Origin: Thermodesulfobacteriota bacterium
Lineage (GTDB): Bacteria > Desulfobacterota > Desulfobacteria > Desulfobacterales > C00003060
DNA length: 64,000 nucleotides
Direction: 5' to 3'
Assembly: GCA_034189385.1 (NCBI GenBank)
Contig: JAXHVD010000014.1
Coordinates: forward strand, 60,050 to 124,049
This document shows positions 39,701 to 47,561 of this stretch, piece after piece. Every line of letters starts with the position of its first letter. The first letter of the stretch is position 1. Under the pieces are notes generated by a model. It did not search any database. It was not told the origin of the DNA and worked only from the letters and a program-made list of their open reading frames with translations. A program made the position numbers and the translations under genes.

Positions 39701-40659
39701 AAAAGGCAGTGGTCAAAGCACTCATGACAAATCAGCAGAAAGCGGGAATCTCCGGTATGGACGAGACGATAGAACAGGCTGATGACATATTGAACAAGCG
39801 TTTTTCGCCTGAAACGTTTACTGTCCCCTTAAGAACCCTTTCGAGCGTGATAAAAGAGGAACATGTCCCGTGTATTCATCTTTTGAAGATTAATGTTGAA
39901 AAGAGTGAACTCGATGTTCTCGCGGGTATCGAGGATGATGACTGGAAGAAGATTGATCAGATGGTCCTAAAGGTGGACATTGAGGAACATCTGGACAGAG
40001 TTGTCTCGCTACTAAAAAATCAAGGTTATGATGTCACAGTAGATCAGGACAATCTTCTCGAGAATACCCCCATTCGCTCCGTATATGCCTTGCGACCATC
40101 AAAGAAACGAATTATCAAAAAGGAAGCCAAAGAGCAAACACAGACATCACAGTCACCTCCTTTGAGCATTCCAGTGATTTCAACCGGCGAACTGAAAACC
40201 TTTTTACGCAAGACGCTACCCGATTATATGATACCGTCTAGTTTCGTTTTACTGCAAGAGATACCGCGAGCACCAAGCGGCAAGGTTGATAGATCGGCAC
40301 TTCCCGCACCGGGAAAAGGGGGGCCAAAGCTGAAAGGGGCGTTTGAAGCACCTCTCAGCTCTGTGGAGAAGACCCTGGCCAACATCTGGGAGGAGGTGCT
40401 CCGTATAGAACGAGTAGGCCTGTACGATGATTTTTTTGAGTTAGGCGGCCATTCTCTTTCAGCCACTCAAGTCATCTCCAGATTGCGCGATACCTTTCAG
40501 ATAGAGTTATCTGTGGCCGATCTTTTTGAGGTCCCCACTGTGGCAAATCTGGCCGCAGAAATTACGCGGAAGTTGATTGAGAAGACGGGACATGAAGAAC
40601 TCCTGCCAAACACGATTCGGAGAAGATCTCCACAAAAAAACGGACTCACAAGTCGCTGA
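36730..40659 (+). CDS. NRPS-like protein: double hotdog (MaoC/FAS1-like) dehydratase, A domain interrupted by an FkbM-type methyltransferase, PCP
   Basis: DAIRHFAYGISDDNPLW..APPAF and second hotdog HED..DNG..RF..W; A core YTSGSTGQPRG; IFDVGANIGLF..FEPNP..LLKINVEKSE between A8 and A9; LGGHSL; no C domain. Confidence 0.88.
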   Translation: MSVEKTIQERIDEFVAESRALNGQEVRERMPWNTSVTADAIRHFAYGISDDNPLWLDRHYASKTCYGRLVAPPAFLSSVLYPILHGAPMDVPLSSFIEGIEYQWFLPVLEGDSLRASARQIDVLESKAANGRPVVYIVSETGYWNQQGELVAKARGTMARVLRDGKELSVQPPIHQYNQEEIQSIGKALAREGRTGGRNLFGEDVEVGQELPALVRGPLTIGDMICWQAAVGPSYRAGSLGYRDIVKAPHTAVTNPITGWPVRFSQQHEDFQLVSQRGMSAPFDNGVMRFSWLSPLVTNWMGDNGLLKRLAVRIIAPNLYGDTTWYQGIVTKKNDTKSGTSLTVKITGINQVGITTTRGEAEVLLPLCRANKRGHSPQEMSERDDILQGDPGQNCLHEMFEIQAERTPDADAVSFEDQRLNYRELNQLSNRLAHYLRSSGVGPDVPVGIYMERSIDIVLGILATLKAGGAYVPLDPEYPKERLSFMAEDAGISVLLTQERLLHRLPNQEARVICLDTGRNTYRHMSGETPVTSVRDNNLAYVIYTSGSTGQPRGVAVSHSSLSLYINSISKALGVTDKDVYLHTASFSFSAAVRQMVLPLCLGSTLVVANSEERRDPLALFELVKKRSVTVWDTVPSLWRHCIDALMTLDHDVRANLLRNRLRLILVTGEPLTWDIPRTWMSRLHHGAHIMNLYGQTESTGTVSYYPIPKEFDDKSRVVPLGRPVERTQIYLLDEDLRQVPNGVEGEICVGGGRLAKGYLHGDGLMTDRFIPDPFSGKPGARLYKTLDLGRYLPDGNLEFMGRLDQRIKIRGFRIEPTEIEETLRKHPDVRDAAVLAREDLPGDKRLIAYIVPNQAGTIMIEGNRPYRFSNNMAVMQLNKHETDYTYGAIFERLTYMRHGITIHDGDCIFDVGANIGLFSLFVHQWCKKPRIFAFEPNPVVFELLKANASLYGLDVRLFQCGLSDQSKRAPFTFFPGSSIQSGLYADGESEKAVVKALMTNQQKAGISGMDETIEQADDILNKRFSPETFTVPLRTLSSVIKEEHVPCIHLLKINVEKSELDVLAGIEDDDWKKIDQMVLKVDIEEHLDRVVSLLKNQGYDVTVDQDNLLENTPIRSVYALRPSKKRIIKKEAKEQTQTSQSPPLSIPVISTGELKTFLRKTLPDYMIPSSFVLLQEIPRAPSGKVDRSALPAPGKGGPKLKGAFEAPLSSVEKTLANIWEEVLRIERVGLYDDFFELGGHSLSATQVISRLRDTFQIELSVADLFEVPTVANLAAEITRKLIEKTGHEELLPNTIRRRSPQKNGLTSR

Positions 40660-40693
40660 CGGACAGGGTATGAATGATTTTGGAGCTTATTGA

Positions 40694-41593
40694 ATGGGTA
40701 AGAGTATGGACATTCGTGTGGTCGCCGTTGTTGGCGCTGGTGTAATAGGACGGGGCGTGTCCCAAAACCTTGCCCAGACCGGCCATCAGGTGATGCTCCT
40801 CGATGTTGTGCCGGAAATACTCGAAGAGGCTAGAAGGGACATCAAAGAAAACATGAGATTGCAGCAGTTCTTCACCCAAGCCGACAAGGGGGAAAACCCG
40901 GATGAGGTGTTGGGACGCATAAGGTTTTCTGCCGATCATCACCTTCTGTCGGATGTGGATTTCGTGATCGAGAACGTCACCGAGAAGTGGGAGATCAAAA
41001 AAGAGATATACGGGCATCTTGAGGCCCGGTGCCCCGAGGAATGCGTCTTTGCAGCGAACACCTCCGCCATACCCATTACCCGCATCGCCTCGGCCACAAA
41101 GAGACCGGCGAAAGTCATCGGAATGCATTTCATGAATCCCGTCCCTTTGAAGCCAACAGTTGAAGTGATTCGCGGGGTTCACACATCCGATGAGACCCTT
41201 GAAACGGCAAAGGTCCTGCTCGCCCAGATGGGCAAAGGCTGCATTGTGGTCAATGATTCGCCCGGCTTTGTTTCCAACCGTGTACTCATGTTGGCAATCA
41301 ACGAAGCTGTGTACGCATTGCAGGAGAAAGTAGCCTCTGCTGAGGACGTAGACAGAATATTCAAAACCTGTTTTGGTCACAAAATGGGCCCCCTGGAAAC
41401 AGCCGATCTGATCGGACTCGATACGGTCCTCTATACCCTGGAGGTCCTTCATGAAAGCTTTAAGGACAGCAAATACAGGGCCTGTCCATTACTCAAGAAG
41501 ATGGTGGATGGGGGTTTCCATGGCAGGAAAAGCGGGCAAGGATTCTACGATTATTCTGTCCATAACACAGACCCTGCGAGCGAAGAAGAGTGA
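40694..41593 (+). CDS. 3-hydroxyacyl-CoA dehydrogenase-like, FkbK/ZmaG-type acyl-ACP dehydrogenase
   Basis: GAGVIG Rossmann motif, ANTSAIPIT, GMHFMNP, PGFVSNR; adjacent to ACP, ACAD and FkbH genes. Confidence 0.88.
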   Translation: MGKSMDIRVVAVVGAGVIGRGVSQNLAQTGHQVMLLDVVPEILEEARRDIKENMRLQQFFTQADKGENPDEVLGRIRFSADHHLLSDVDFVIENVTEKWEIKKEIYGHLEARCPEECVFAANTSAIPITRIASATKRPAKVIGMHFMNPVPLKPTVEVIRGVHTSDETLETAKVLLAQMGKGCIVVNDSPGFVSNRVLMLAINEAVYALQEKVASAEDVDRIFKTCFGHKMGPLETADLIGLDTVLYTLEVLHESFKDSKYRACPLLKKMVDGGFHGRKSGQGFYDYSVHNTDPASEEE

Positions 41594-41600
41594 TATCGCT

Positions 41601-41864
41601 ATGAAGGAGAACAGAGAGAAAATCAGGGCGTTTTTGGCCAGATACATTTCAACCCACGATTTACGAGATGATGATGACATCTTTGCAAGCGGTTTTGTCA
41701 ATTCACTGTTTGCCATGCAATTGGTCTTGTTTGTAGAAGGGGAGTTTCATCTCCGAATCGAAAACGAGGATCTGAAGATTAAGAACTTCAGATCGATCAA
41801 TGCTCTTAGCCGTTTGATAGAACGGAAAGTGTTGCAGTTAAACAGTGCGCACTTCCCGGGTTGA
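41601..41864 (+). CDS. Stand-alone ACP of the FkbJ/ZmaD type
   Basis: DIFASGFVNSLFAMQLVLFVE..F motif typical of hydroxy/methoxy/aminomalonyl-ACP carriers. Confidence 0.88.
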   Translation: MKENREKIRAFLARYISTHDLRDDDDIFASGFVNSLFAMQLVLFVEGEFHLRIENEDLKIKNFRSINALSRLIERKVLQLNSAHFPG

Positions 41865-41903
41865 TTTCCACTCGATTGCCCGTCTTGCTGGATAGAAAGT
41901 GTC

Positions 41904-43046
41904 ATGAAAATGGAGCTGAATGCAGAGCAGAAGAAAGATCAGGCGGCCTTCCGGGCTGTTGTGAGTAAAGAGATTGTTCCCCATGCCGATGAATACGATC
42001 GGCAGGAGCGCGTCCCCTTTGATCTCATCAAAAGACTGGGCCGCGAGGGATATCTGGGCGCGACTTTGCCCACGGAATACGGCGGCCGTGCCATGGACAT
42101 GATCACCTATGGCCTTCTCAACGAAGAGCTTGGACGAGGCTGCTCTTCGGTGCGCGCCTTGGTCATGCTCCAAAATATGATCGGCCAGACAATCCTTAGA
42201 TGGGGGAACAGGGATCAAAAGGGGTTCTGGCTCAACAAGCTGGCATCAGGTGAGGCGCTGGCTTCCTTCGCCCTGACCGAACCGGATGTAGGTAGCGACG
42301 CCAGCAATGTCCAGACTGCGGCGAGACCGGCGGGGGACAACTATATCATCAATGGACGGAAGAAGTGGATCACCCTGGGACAGATAGCAGACCTTTTTCT
42401 GGTGCTTGCTCAATGGGAAGGACAGCCCTGTGCCTTTCTGGTGGAGAAAGACACTCCGGGTTTGTCGATAAACCCCCTTTTCGGGATGCTCGGCGCTAGA
42501 GCCTCCTTGCTTGCTGAATTGCATTTTGATGATTGCCCGGTCCCAGCAGAGAATCTGGTCGGTGCCATGGGCTTTGGCCTGGCGCCTGTAGCCTTCTTGG
42601 CCCTCAATATCGGAAGATACAGCGTTGCCTGGGGCTGTGTGGGTATTGCGCAGGCCTGTCTCGAGGCCTGTATAGACCATACGAGCAAGAGAAAACAGTT
42701 CGGGGTCTATCTCAAGGAACACCAATTGATCAAGCACATGATCGCTGACATGGTCGTGAAAGTGAAAGCAGGAAGGCTGCTGTGCATTCGGGCCGGCTCC
42801 TCTATGGAGGCGGGTGATCCGAGCTCTGTCACGGAGACAATGGTGGCCAAGTATTTTGCCTCACAAATGGCCAGTGAGATAGCAAATGATGCGGTGCAAA
42901 TCCACGGCGCCCTGGGGTGTAGTCGTGAACATGGGGTGGAGAGATACTTGCGCGATGCCAAAGTGATGGAAATTATCGAAGGAACGACGCAGATACTTCA
43001 GATGAAAATCGCCGAATACGCCTATCAGGAGCACGGCGACAAGTGA
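41904..43046 (+). CDS. Acyl-CoA dehydrogenase-like, FkbI/ZmaE-type
   Basis: GRGCSSVR, ALTEPDVGSDA, GRYSVAWGCVGIAQAC, RDAKVMEIIEGT. Confidence 0.88.
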   Translation: MKMELNAEQKKDQAAFRAVVSKEIVPHADEYDRQERVPFDLIKRLGREGYLGATLPTEYGGRAMDMITYGLLNEELGRGCSSVRALVMLQNMIGQTILRWGNRDQKGFWLNKLASGEALASFALTEPDVGSDASNVQTAARPAGDNYIINGRKKWITLGQIADLFLVLAQWEGQPCAFLVEKDTPGLSINPLFGMLGARASLLAELHFDDCPVPAENLVGAMGFGLAPVAFLALNIGRYSVAWGCVGIAQACLEACIDHTSKRKQFGVYLKEHQLIKHMIADMVVKVKAGRLLCIRAGSSMEAGDPSSVTETMVAKYFASQMASEIANDAVQIHGALGCSREHGVERYLRDAKVMEIIEGTTQILQMKIAEYAYQEHGDK

Positions 43047-43053
43047 TGTTTGC

Positions 43054-44166
43054 GTGAAATGTATCGCCCCCTTGGCAATGACCTCAATGACCATCTCGAC
43101 AAACAGGAAATTGGCTGACAAGGATCATAGAAAGCAATCCGTCAAGTGCGTCGTCTGGGATCTCGATGACACGATATGGAAGGGCGTATTGCTGGAGAAT
43201 GACCACCTTTGCCTGCGGGAAAACGTGATCTCCATCATCAAGGCTCTGGATAACCGCGGTATCCTGCAATCCATTGCCAGCAAGAACGATGGTGCTGCCG
43301 CGATGAAAAAGCTCAGCGAGTACGGTCTGAACGAGTATTTTCTCCATCCCCAGATTGGCTGGAACTCCAAAGCCTCATCCATTCAGCACATTGCTCGGTC
43401 ACTCAACATTGGTACGGATGCAATGGCCTTCATTGATGACCAGCCTTTTGAAAGAGAAGAAGTGAGGTTTTCGCTACCTGAAGTTCTCTGTGTGGATGCA
43501 AAAGACTTGCATAGACTGCTCGATATGCCGGAAATGAACCCTGGCCTTGTTACCGAAGATTCGAAAATGAGAAGGTCGATGTACCTTAGCGACGTGTCAC
43601 GGCTAAGATCTGAACAGGAGTTTGAGGGTTCCAAAGAGGCTTTTCTAGCGTCACTCCGCATGGTCCTCACTATCTTTGCGGCAAGAGAAGAGGATTTGCT
43701 GCGAGCAGAAGAATTGACGGTGCGCACCAATCAACTGAATGCAACAGGCTTCACCTATTCCTATGAGGAGCTGGATCACTTCCGGCAATCGAAAGGGCAC
43801 ATCCTGCTCATGGCAAAGCTGGAAGATAAGTACGGTAGTTATGGAAACATCGGCTTGGCACTCGTCCAATGTGAGGCAAGGGTATGGACCATAAAACTCC
43901 TGTTGGTATCGTGCCGGGTCATGTCCAGAGGAATCGGCTCCATTATCCTTAGCCACATCATGATGATGGCCAGAAACCATAACGTGCGTTTGCGCGCTGA
44001 ATACGTGGAGAATGGTCGAAACCGCATGATGAATATCACCTATCGCTTTGCAGGGTTTTATGAAATTGAGCGGAAGGGCAAGGTCACTCTTTTTGAAAAT
44101 GACCTGACGGCAATTCAACCCTTTCCCGATTATGTAGGAGTGGAAATCCATGACCAATCCGTCTGA
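43054..44166 (+). CDS. FkbH-like glyceryl-ACP phosphatase/transferase (HAD-IIIC)
   Basis: VWDLDDTIW, QSIASKN, FIDDQPFER, RTNQLN, SCRVMSRG. Confidence 0.92.
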   Translation: MKCIAPLAMTSMTISTNRKLADKDHRKQSVKCVVWDLDDTIWKGVLLENDHLCLRENVISIIKALDNRGILQSIASKNDGAAAMKKLSEYGLNEYFLHPQIGWNSKASSIQHIARSLNIGTDAMAFIDDQPFEREEVRFSLPEVLCVDAKDLHRLLDMPEMNPGLVTEDSKMRRSMYLSDVSRLRSEQEFEGSKEAFLASLRMVLTIFAAREEDLLRAEELTVRTNQLNATGFTYSYEELDHFRQSKGHILLMAKLEDKYGSYGNIGLALVQCEARVWTIKLLLVSCRVMSRGIGSIILSHIMMMARNHNVRLRAEYVENGRNRMMNITYRFAGFYEIERKGKVTLFENDLTAIQPFPDYVGVEIHDQSV

Positions 44167-47100
44167 AGGGGTCTCCGACCCATCCTTAAAGAGCGAGGCA
44201 CTGCTTGAGGCGTTGCTCAAGGCCGCCGCCACCGGACGGAGCCGGAAAATCACCCGAAGAAATGTTGCAGGCCCTGCTCCCCTCTCCTTTGCCCAACAAA
44301 GGCTTTGGTTTCTCGATCAAGTGGTTCCCGGCAACCCGGCGTATAACGTGGTGAGGGCCTTTCGCCTCACAGGGCAAATCGACCCGAAAGTTCTGGAAAG
44401 GGTCCTCAGTGAAATCCTGCGGCGCCACGAATCCCTTCGCACGACCTTCACTGCGGTGGAAGGCCGCCCTGTGCAAATGGCTCAGCCGGTGCCCGGCCCC
44501 GGGCACTCCCAACGGCAACCCATGCCTTTATTCTCACGGGTGATCGATTTGAGCCGCTTGCCAGAGCCCGAACGGGGCGACAAGATCCATGACCTTCTGA
44601 CCAAGGAAAGCCGAAGAACTTTCGACCTGACCCAAGGGCCCCTCATGGGGATGACCCTCTTGCGATTGGGCGAGGAAGAACATGTACTCCTCCTTGTGAT
44701 GCACCATATTGTCTCGGACGGCTGGTCTGTCGGCGTTCTCCTCAGAGAATTGGCTGCCCTTTATGAGGCCTTTTCCACAGGTGCGTCCTCACCCCTTCCT
44801 CCGTTGCCCATACAGTATGCAGATTTTGCCCTCTGGCAACGACAGTGGCTGCAGGGAGAGGTCCTGGAAGATCAATTGGCTTACTGGAAGAAGCAACTGG
44901 CAGGGGCTCCCTTCAGGCTGGAACTCCCCGCAGACCGCCCAAGGCCGTCTGTTCAGACATACGGAGGGGCACGGCAGTCTGCCTTTCTATCCAAAGAGTT
45001 GACCGAGGGTCTCAGAGAATTGGGCCAGCGGGAAGGCGTCACCCTGTTTATGACGCTTCTCGCTGCTTTCAAGACGCTTCTCTACCGTTACTCTGGACAG
45101 GAAGACATCACCGTGGGCTCTCCCATTGCAAACCGGAACCGGGTGGAGATCGAATCCTTGATTGGCTTCTTTGTGAATACCCTCGCCCTGCGCACGGACC
45201 TTACAGGGAATCCGAGTTTTCAAGGATTGGTGCATCGCGTGCGAAAAGTAGCCCTGGAAGCCTACGCTCACCAGGATCTCCCCTTTGAGAAGCTGGTAGA
45301 AGAATTGCAGCCGGAAAGAAATCTCAGTCATTCGCCCCTCTTTCAAGTGATGTTTGTACTGCACAATCAGCCCATGCCCACCCTGGAGTTCTCCAATATG
45401 AGGCTCAACCCTATGGAAGTGGATAATGGGACGGCGAAGTTTGATCTGACCCTCTTCGTATTACAACGGAAAGAGGGGCTCCAGTGCACATGGGAGTACA
45501 ATACCCATCTATTCGATCATGCAACCGTTGGCCGGATGCTTGGACATTTTCACACCCTGTTGGAAGGGATTGTGGCCGATCCGGGGCAGCCTATCGGACT
45601 GTTGCCCCTCTTGACAGAGGCGGAAGGGCATCAGTTGCTGGTGGAGTGGAACGATACGCGAGCAGAGTATCCCCAGGATCAATTGGTCCACCACCTCTTT
45701 GAGGCCCAGGCGGAACGAAGGCCTGACGCGGTGGCCATGGTCTTCAGGGAAGAGCAGATGACGTACGGTGAGCTCAATTGCCGGGCGAACCGTCTGGCCC
45801 ACTATCTGCGCAAACTGGGGGTTGGTCCAAAGGTCCTGGTAGGAGTTTGTCTGGAGCGCTCCTTGGAAATGGTGGTGGGATTGCTGGCCGTCCTCAAGGC
45901 AGGGGGGGCGTATGTGCCGCTGGATCCGTCTTACCCCGAAAAGCGCTTGGCCTTCATGCTGGAAGAGACAGAAGCGCCGGTGTTGCTGAGCAAAGCATAC
46001 CTGACGGGAAAGTTTCCCCGTAACGGGGCGAAAGTCGTATGCCTGGACAGAGATTGGGATGTGATTGCCCGGGAACCGGGAGAAGTCCTTTTTGTCGACA
46101 CAGGGCCTTCCAATCTGGCCTATGTGATTTTCACTTCCGGTTCCACCGGCAAGCCGAAAGGGGTCGAAGTCGAACACAGGGGCTTGGTCAATCTTGTCTC
46201 GTGGCTTCAATGGACATTTTCTGTATCGGAAAAGGATCAAACCGCCCATCTGGCCTCTTTGTCCTTCGATGTGTCCGTCATGGAGCTTTGGTCTTACCTG
46301 ACTGCCGGGGCAAGGATTTCTTTGCCGCCGGATGAAGAAAGGCGCACATCACCTTTGGGGCTTCGCGATTGGCTCCTTTCGGAAGAAATCAGCGTCAGTG
46401 TTCTGGTGACCCCGTTGGCAGAGTTGGTTTTACCGCTGAGTTGGCCAGAAACCGCCCCTCTTCGGGTTCTTATGACCGCCGGAGACAAGCTCAGTTCTTA
46501 TCCTTCAAAGACCTTGCCCTTTCAGTTTGTAAATGCCTACGGGCCCACCGAGTATACTGTCCTCACCACGTGGGCCGCCGTGGGGCCGAATCAGGGAAGC
46601 TACTCCCCCCCACCCATCGGCCGGCCCATAGCCAATACCCAGGTTTATCTTCTGGACAAATACCTGCAACCCGTTCCCGTGGGCGTGCCCGGTGAGCTTT
46701 ACGTGGGCGGTGTGGGCCTGGCCCGAGGGTATCTCAAGCGTCCCGAACTAACGGCAGAGAAGTTCATCCCTAACCCCTTCGGCAATGATCCCGGCAGTCG
46801 TCTCTATCGGACCGGAGACCTGGCCCGGTATCTGCCCGATGGGAACATCGAGTTCCTGGGGAGAATGGACAGCCAGGTTAAGATCCGCGGCTTTCGTGTG
46901 GAGCCGGGGGAGATTGAGACCATCCTGGGGCAACACCCGGCAGTGAAAAAGGTCGTGGTGTTGGCAAGACAAAGGGCGCCCAACAGAACCACTCCGGCTG
47001 CAGACAAGCATCTTGTGGCTTATGTGGTACCCCACCGGGACAACTCCCTGGCCATTGATGAACTGCGCCGGTTTCTCAAAGAGAGGCTTCCCGACTACAT

Positions 47101-47551
47101 GGTGCCTTCAGCCTTTGTCCTGCTCCATTCCCTCCCCTTGACGCCTAACGGCAAGGTGGACCGTAGCGCCCTGCCGCTGCCAGAGCCGACCCGGCCTGAC
47201 TTGAATGAGGCCTTCATAGCGCCCCGCACTGCCGTGGAGGAATTGGTGGCAGGGGTGTGGAGCGAAGTGCTCAGGTTGGATCGGGTGGGCGTGCAGGACA
47301 ACTTTTTTGAATTGGGCGGACACTCTTTGCTGGCGGTCCAGGTCCTTTCCAGGCTCCGGAGGGTTTTTCAGGCGGATCTCCCTTTGCGCTGCCTGTTCGA
47401 AGCGCCGACCGTGGCGGAGCTATCGCACGTCATCATGGCCAACGAGCCAATGCCGGGACAGACCGAAAAGATCGCCCGGGCCATGGGCAAGATAAAGAAG
47501 ATGTCCTCTGAGGACATGAGCAAAACGCTTGAGGAAATAAGACGCCAGTGA
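44150..47551 (+). CDS. Single-module NRPS 2 (C-A-PCP), paralog of NRPS 1
   Basis: [42 protein letters not shown]. Confidence 0.95.
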   Translation: MTNPSEGVSDPSLKSEALLEALLKAAATGRSRKITRRNVAGPAPLSFAQQRLWFLDQVVPGNPAYNVVRAFRLTGQIDPKVLERVLSEILRRHESLRTTFTAVEGRPVQMAQPVPGPGHSQRQPMPLFSRVIDLSRLPEPERGDKIHDLLTKESRRTFDLTQGPLMGMTLLRLGEEEHVLLLVMHHIVSDGWSVGVLLRELAALYEAFSTGASSPLPPLPIQYADFALWQRQWLQGEVLEDQLAYWKKQLAGAPFRLELPADRPRPSVQTYGGARQSAFLSKELTEGLRELGQREGVTLFMTLLAAFKTLLYRYSGQEDITVGSPIANRNRVEIESLIGFFVNTLALRTDLTGNPSFQGLVHRVRKVALEAYAHQDLPFEKLVEELQPERNLSHSPLFQVMFVLHNQPMPTLEFSNMRLNPMEVDNGTAKFDLTLFVLQRKEGLQCTWEYNTHLFDHATVGRMLGHFHTLLEGIVADPGQPIGLLPLLTEAEGHQLLVEWNDTRAEYPQDQLVHHLFEAQAERRPDAVAMVFREEQMTYGELNCRANRLAHYLRKLGVGPKVLVGVCLERSLEMVVGLLAVLKAGGAYVPLDPSYPEKRLAFMLEETEAPVLLSKAYLTGKFPRNGAKVVCLDRDWDVIAREPGEVLFVDTGPSNLAYVIFTSGSTGKPKGVEVEHRGLVNLVSWLQWTFSVSEKDQTAHLASLSFDVSVMELWSYLTAGARISLPPDEERRTSPLGLRDWLLSEEISVSVLVTPLAELVLPLSWPETAPLRVLMTAGDKLSSYPSKTLPFQFVNAYGPTEYTVLTTWAAVGPNQGSYSPPPIGRPIANTQVYLLDKYLQPVPVGVPGELYVGGVGLARGYLKRPELTAEKFIPNPFGNDPGSRLYRTGDLARYLPDGNIEFLGRMDSQVKIRGFRVEPGEIETILGQHPAVKKVVVLARQRAPNRTTPAADKHLVAYVVPHRDNSLAIDELRRFLKERLPDYMVPSAFVLLHSLPLTPNGKVDRSALPLPEPTRPDLNEAFIAPRTAVEELVAGVWSEVLRLDRVGVQDNFFELGGHSLLAVQVLSRLRRVFQADLPLRCLFEAPTVAELSHVIMANEPMPGQTEKIARAMGKIKKMSSEDMSKTLEEIRRQ

Positions 47552-47561
47552 GGTATGGGGA

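Noticed and set aside
40646..41452. 268 aa ORF on the - strand
   Set aside because: Antisense shadow of the FkbK-like dehydrogenase
40694..43046. Fatty-acid beta-oxidation genes
   Set aside because: The intervening NSL-type ACP and adjacent FkbH identify an Fkb/Zma-type cassette; no thiolase or crotonase present
45509..46249. 246 aa ORF on the - strand and similar antisense ORFs across the NRPS genes
   Set aside because: Shadow frames of conserved A domains; no independent signals
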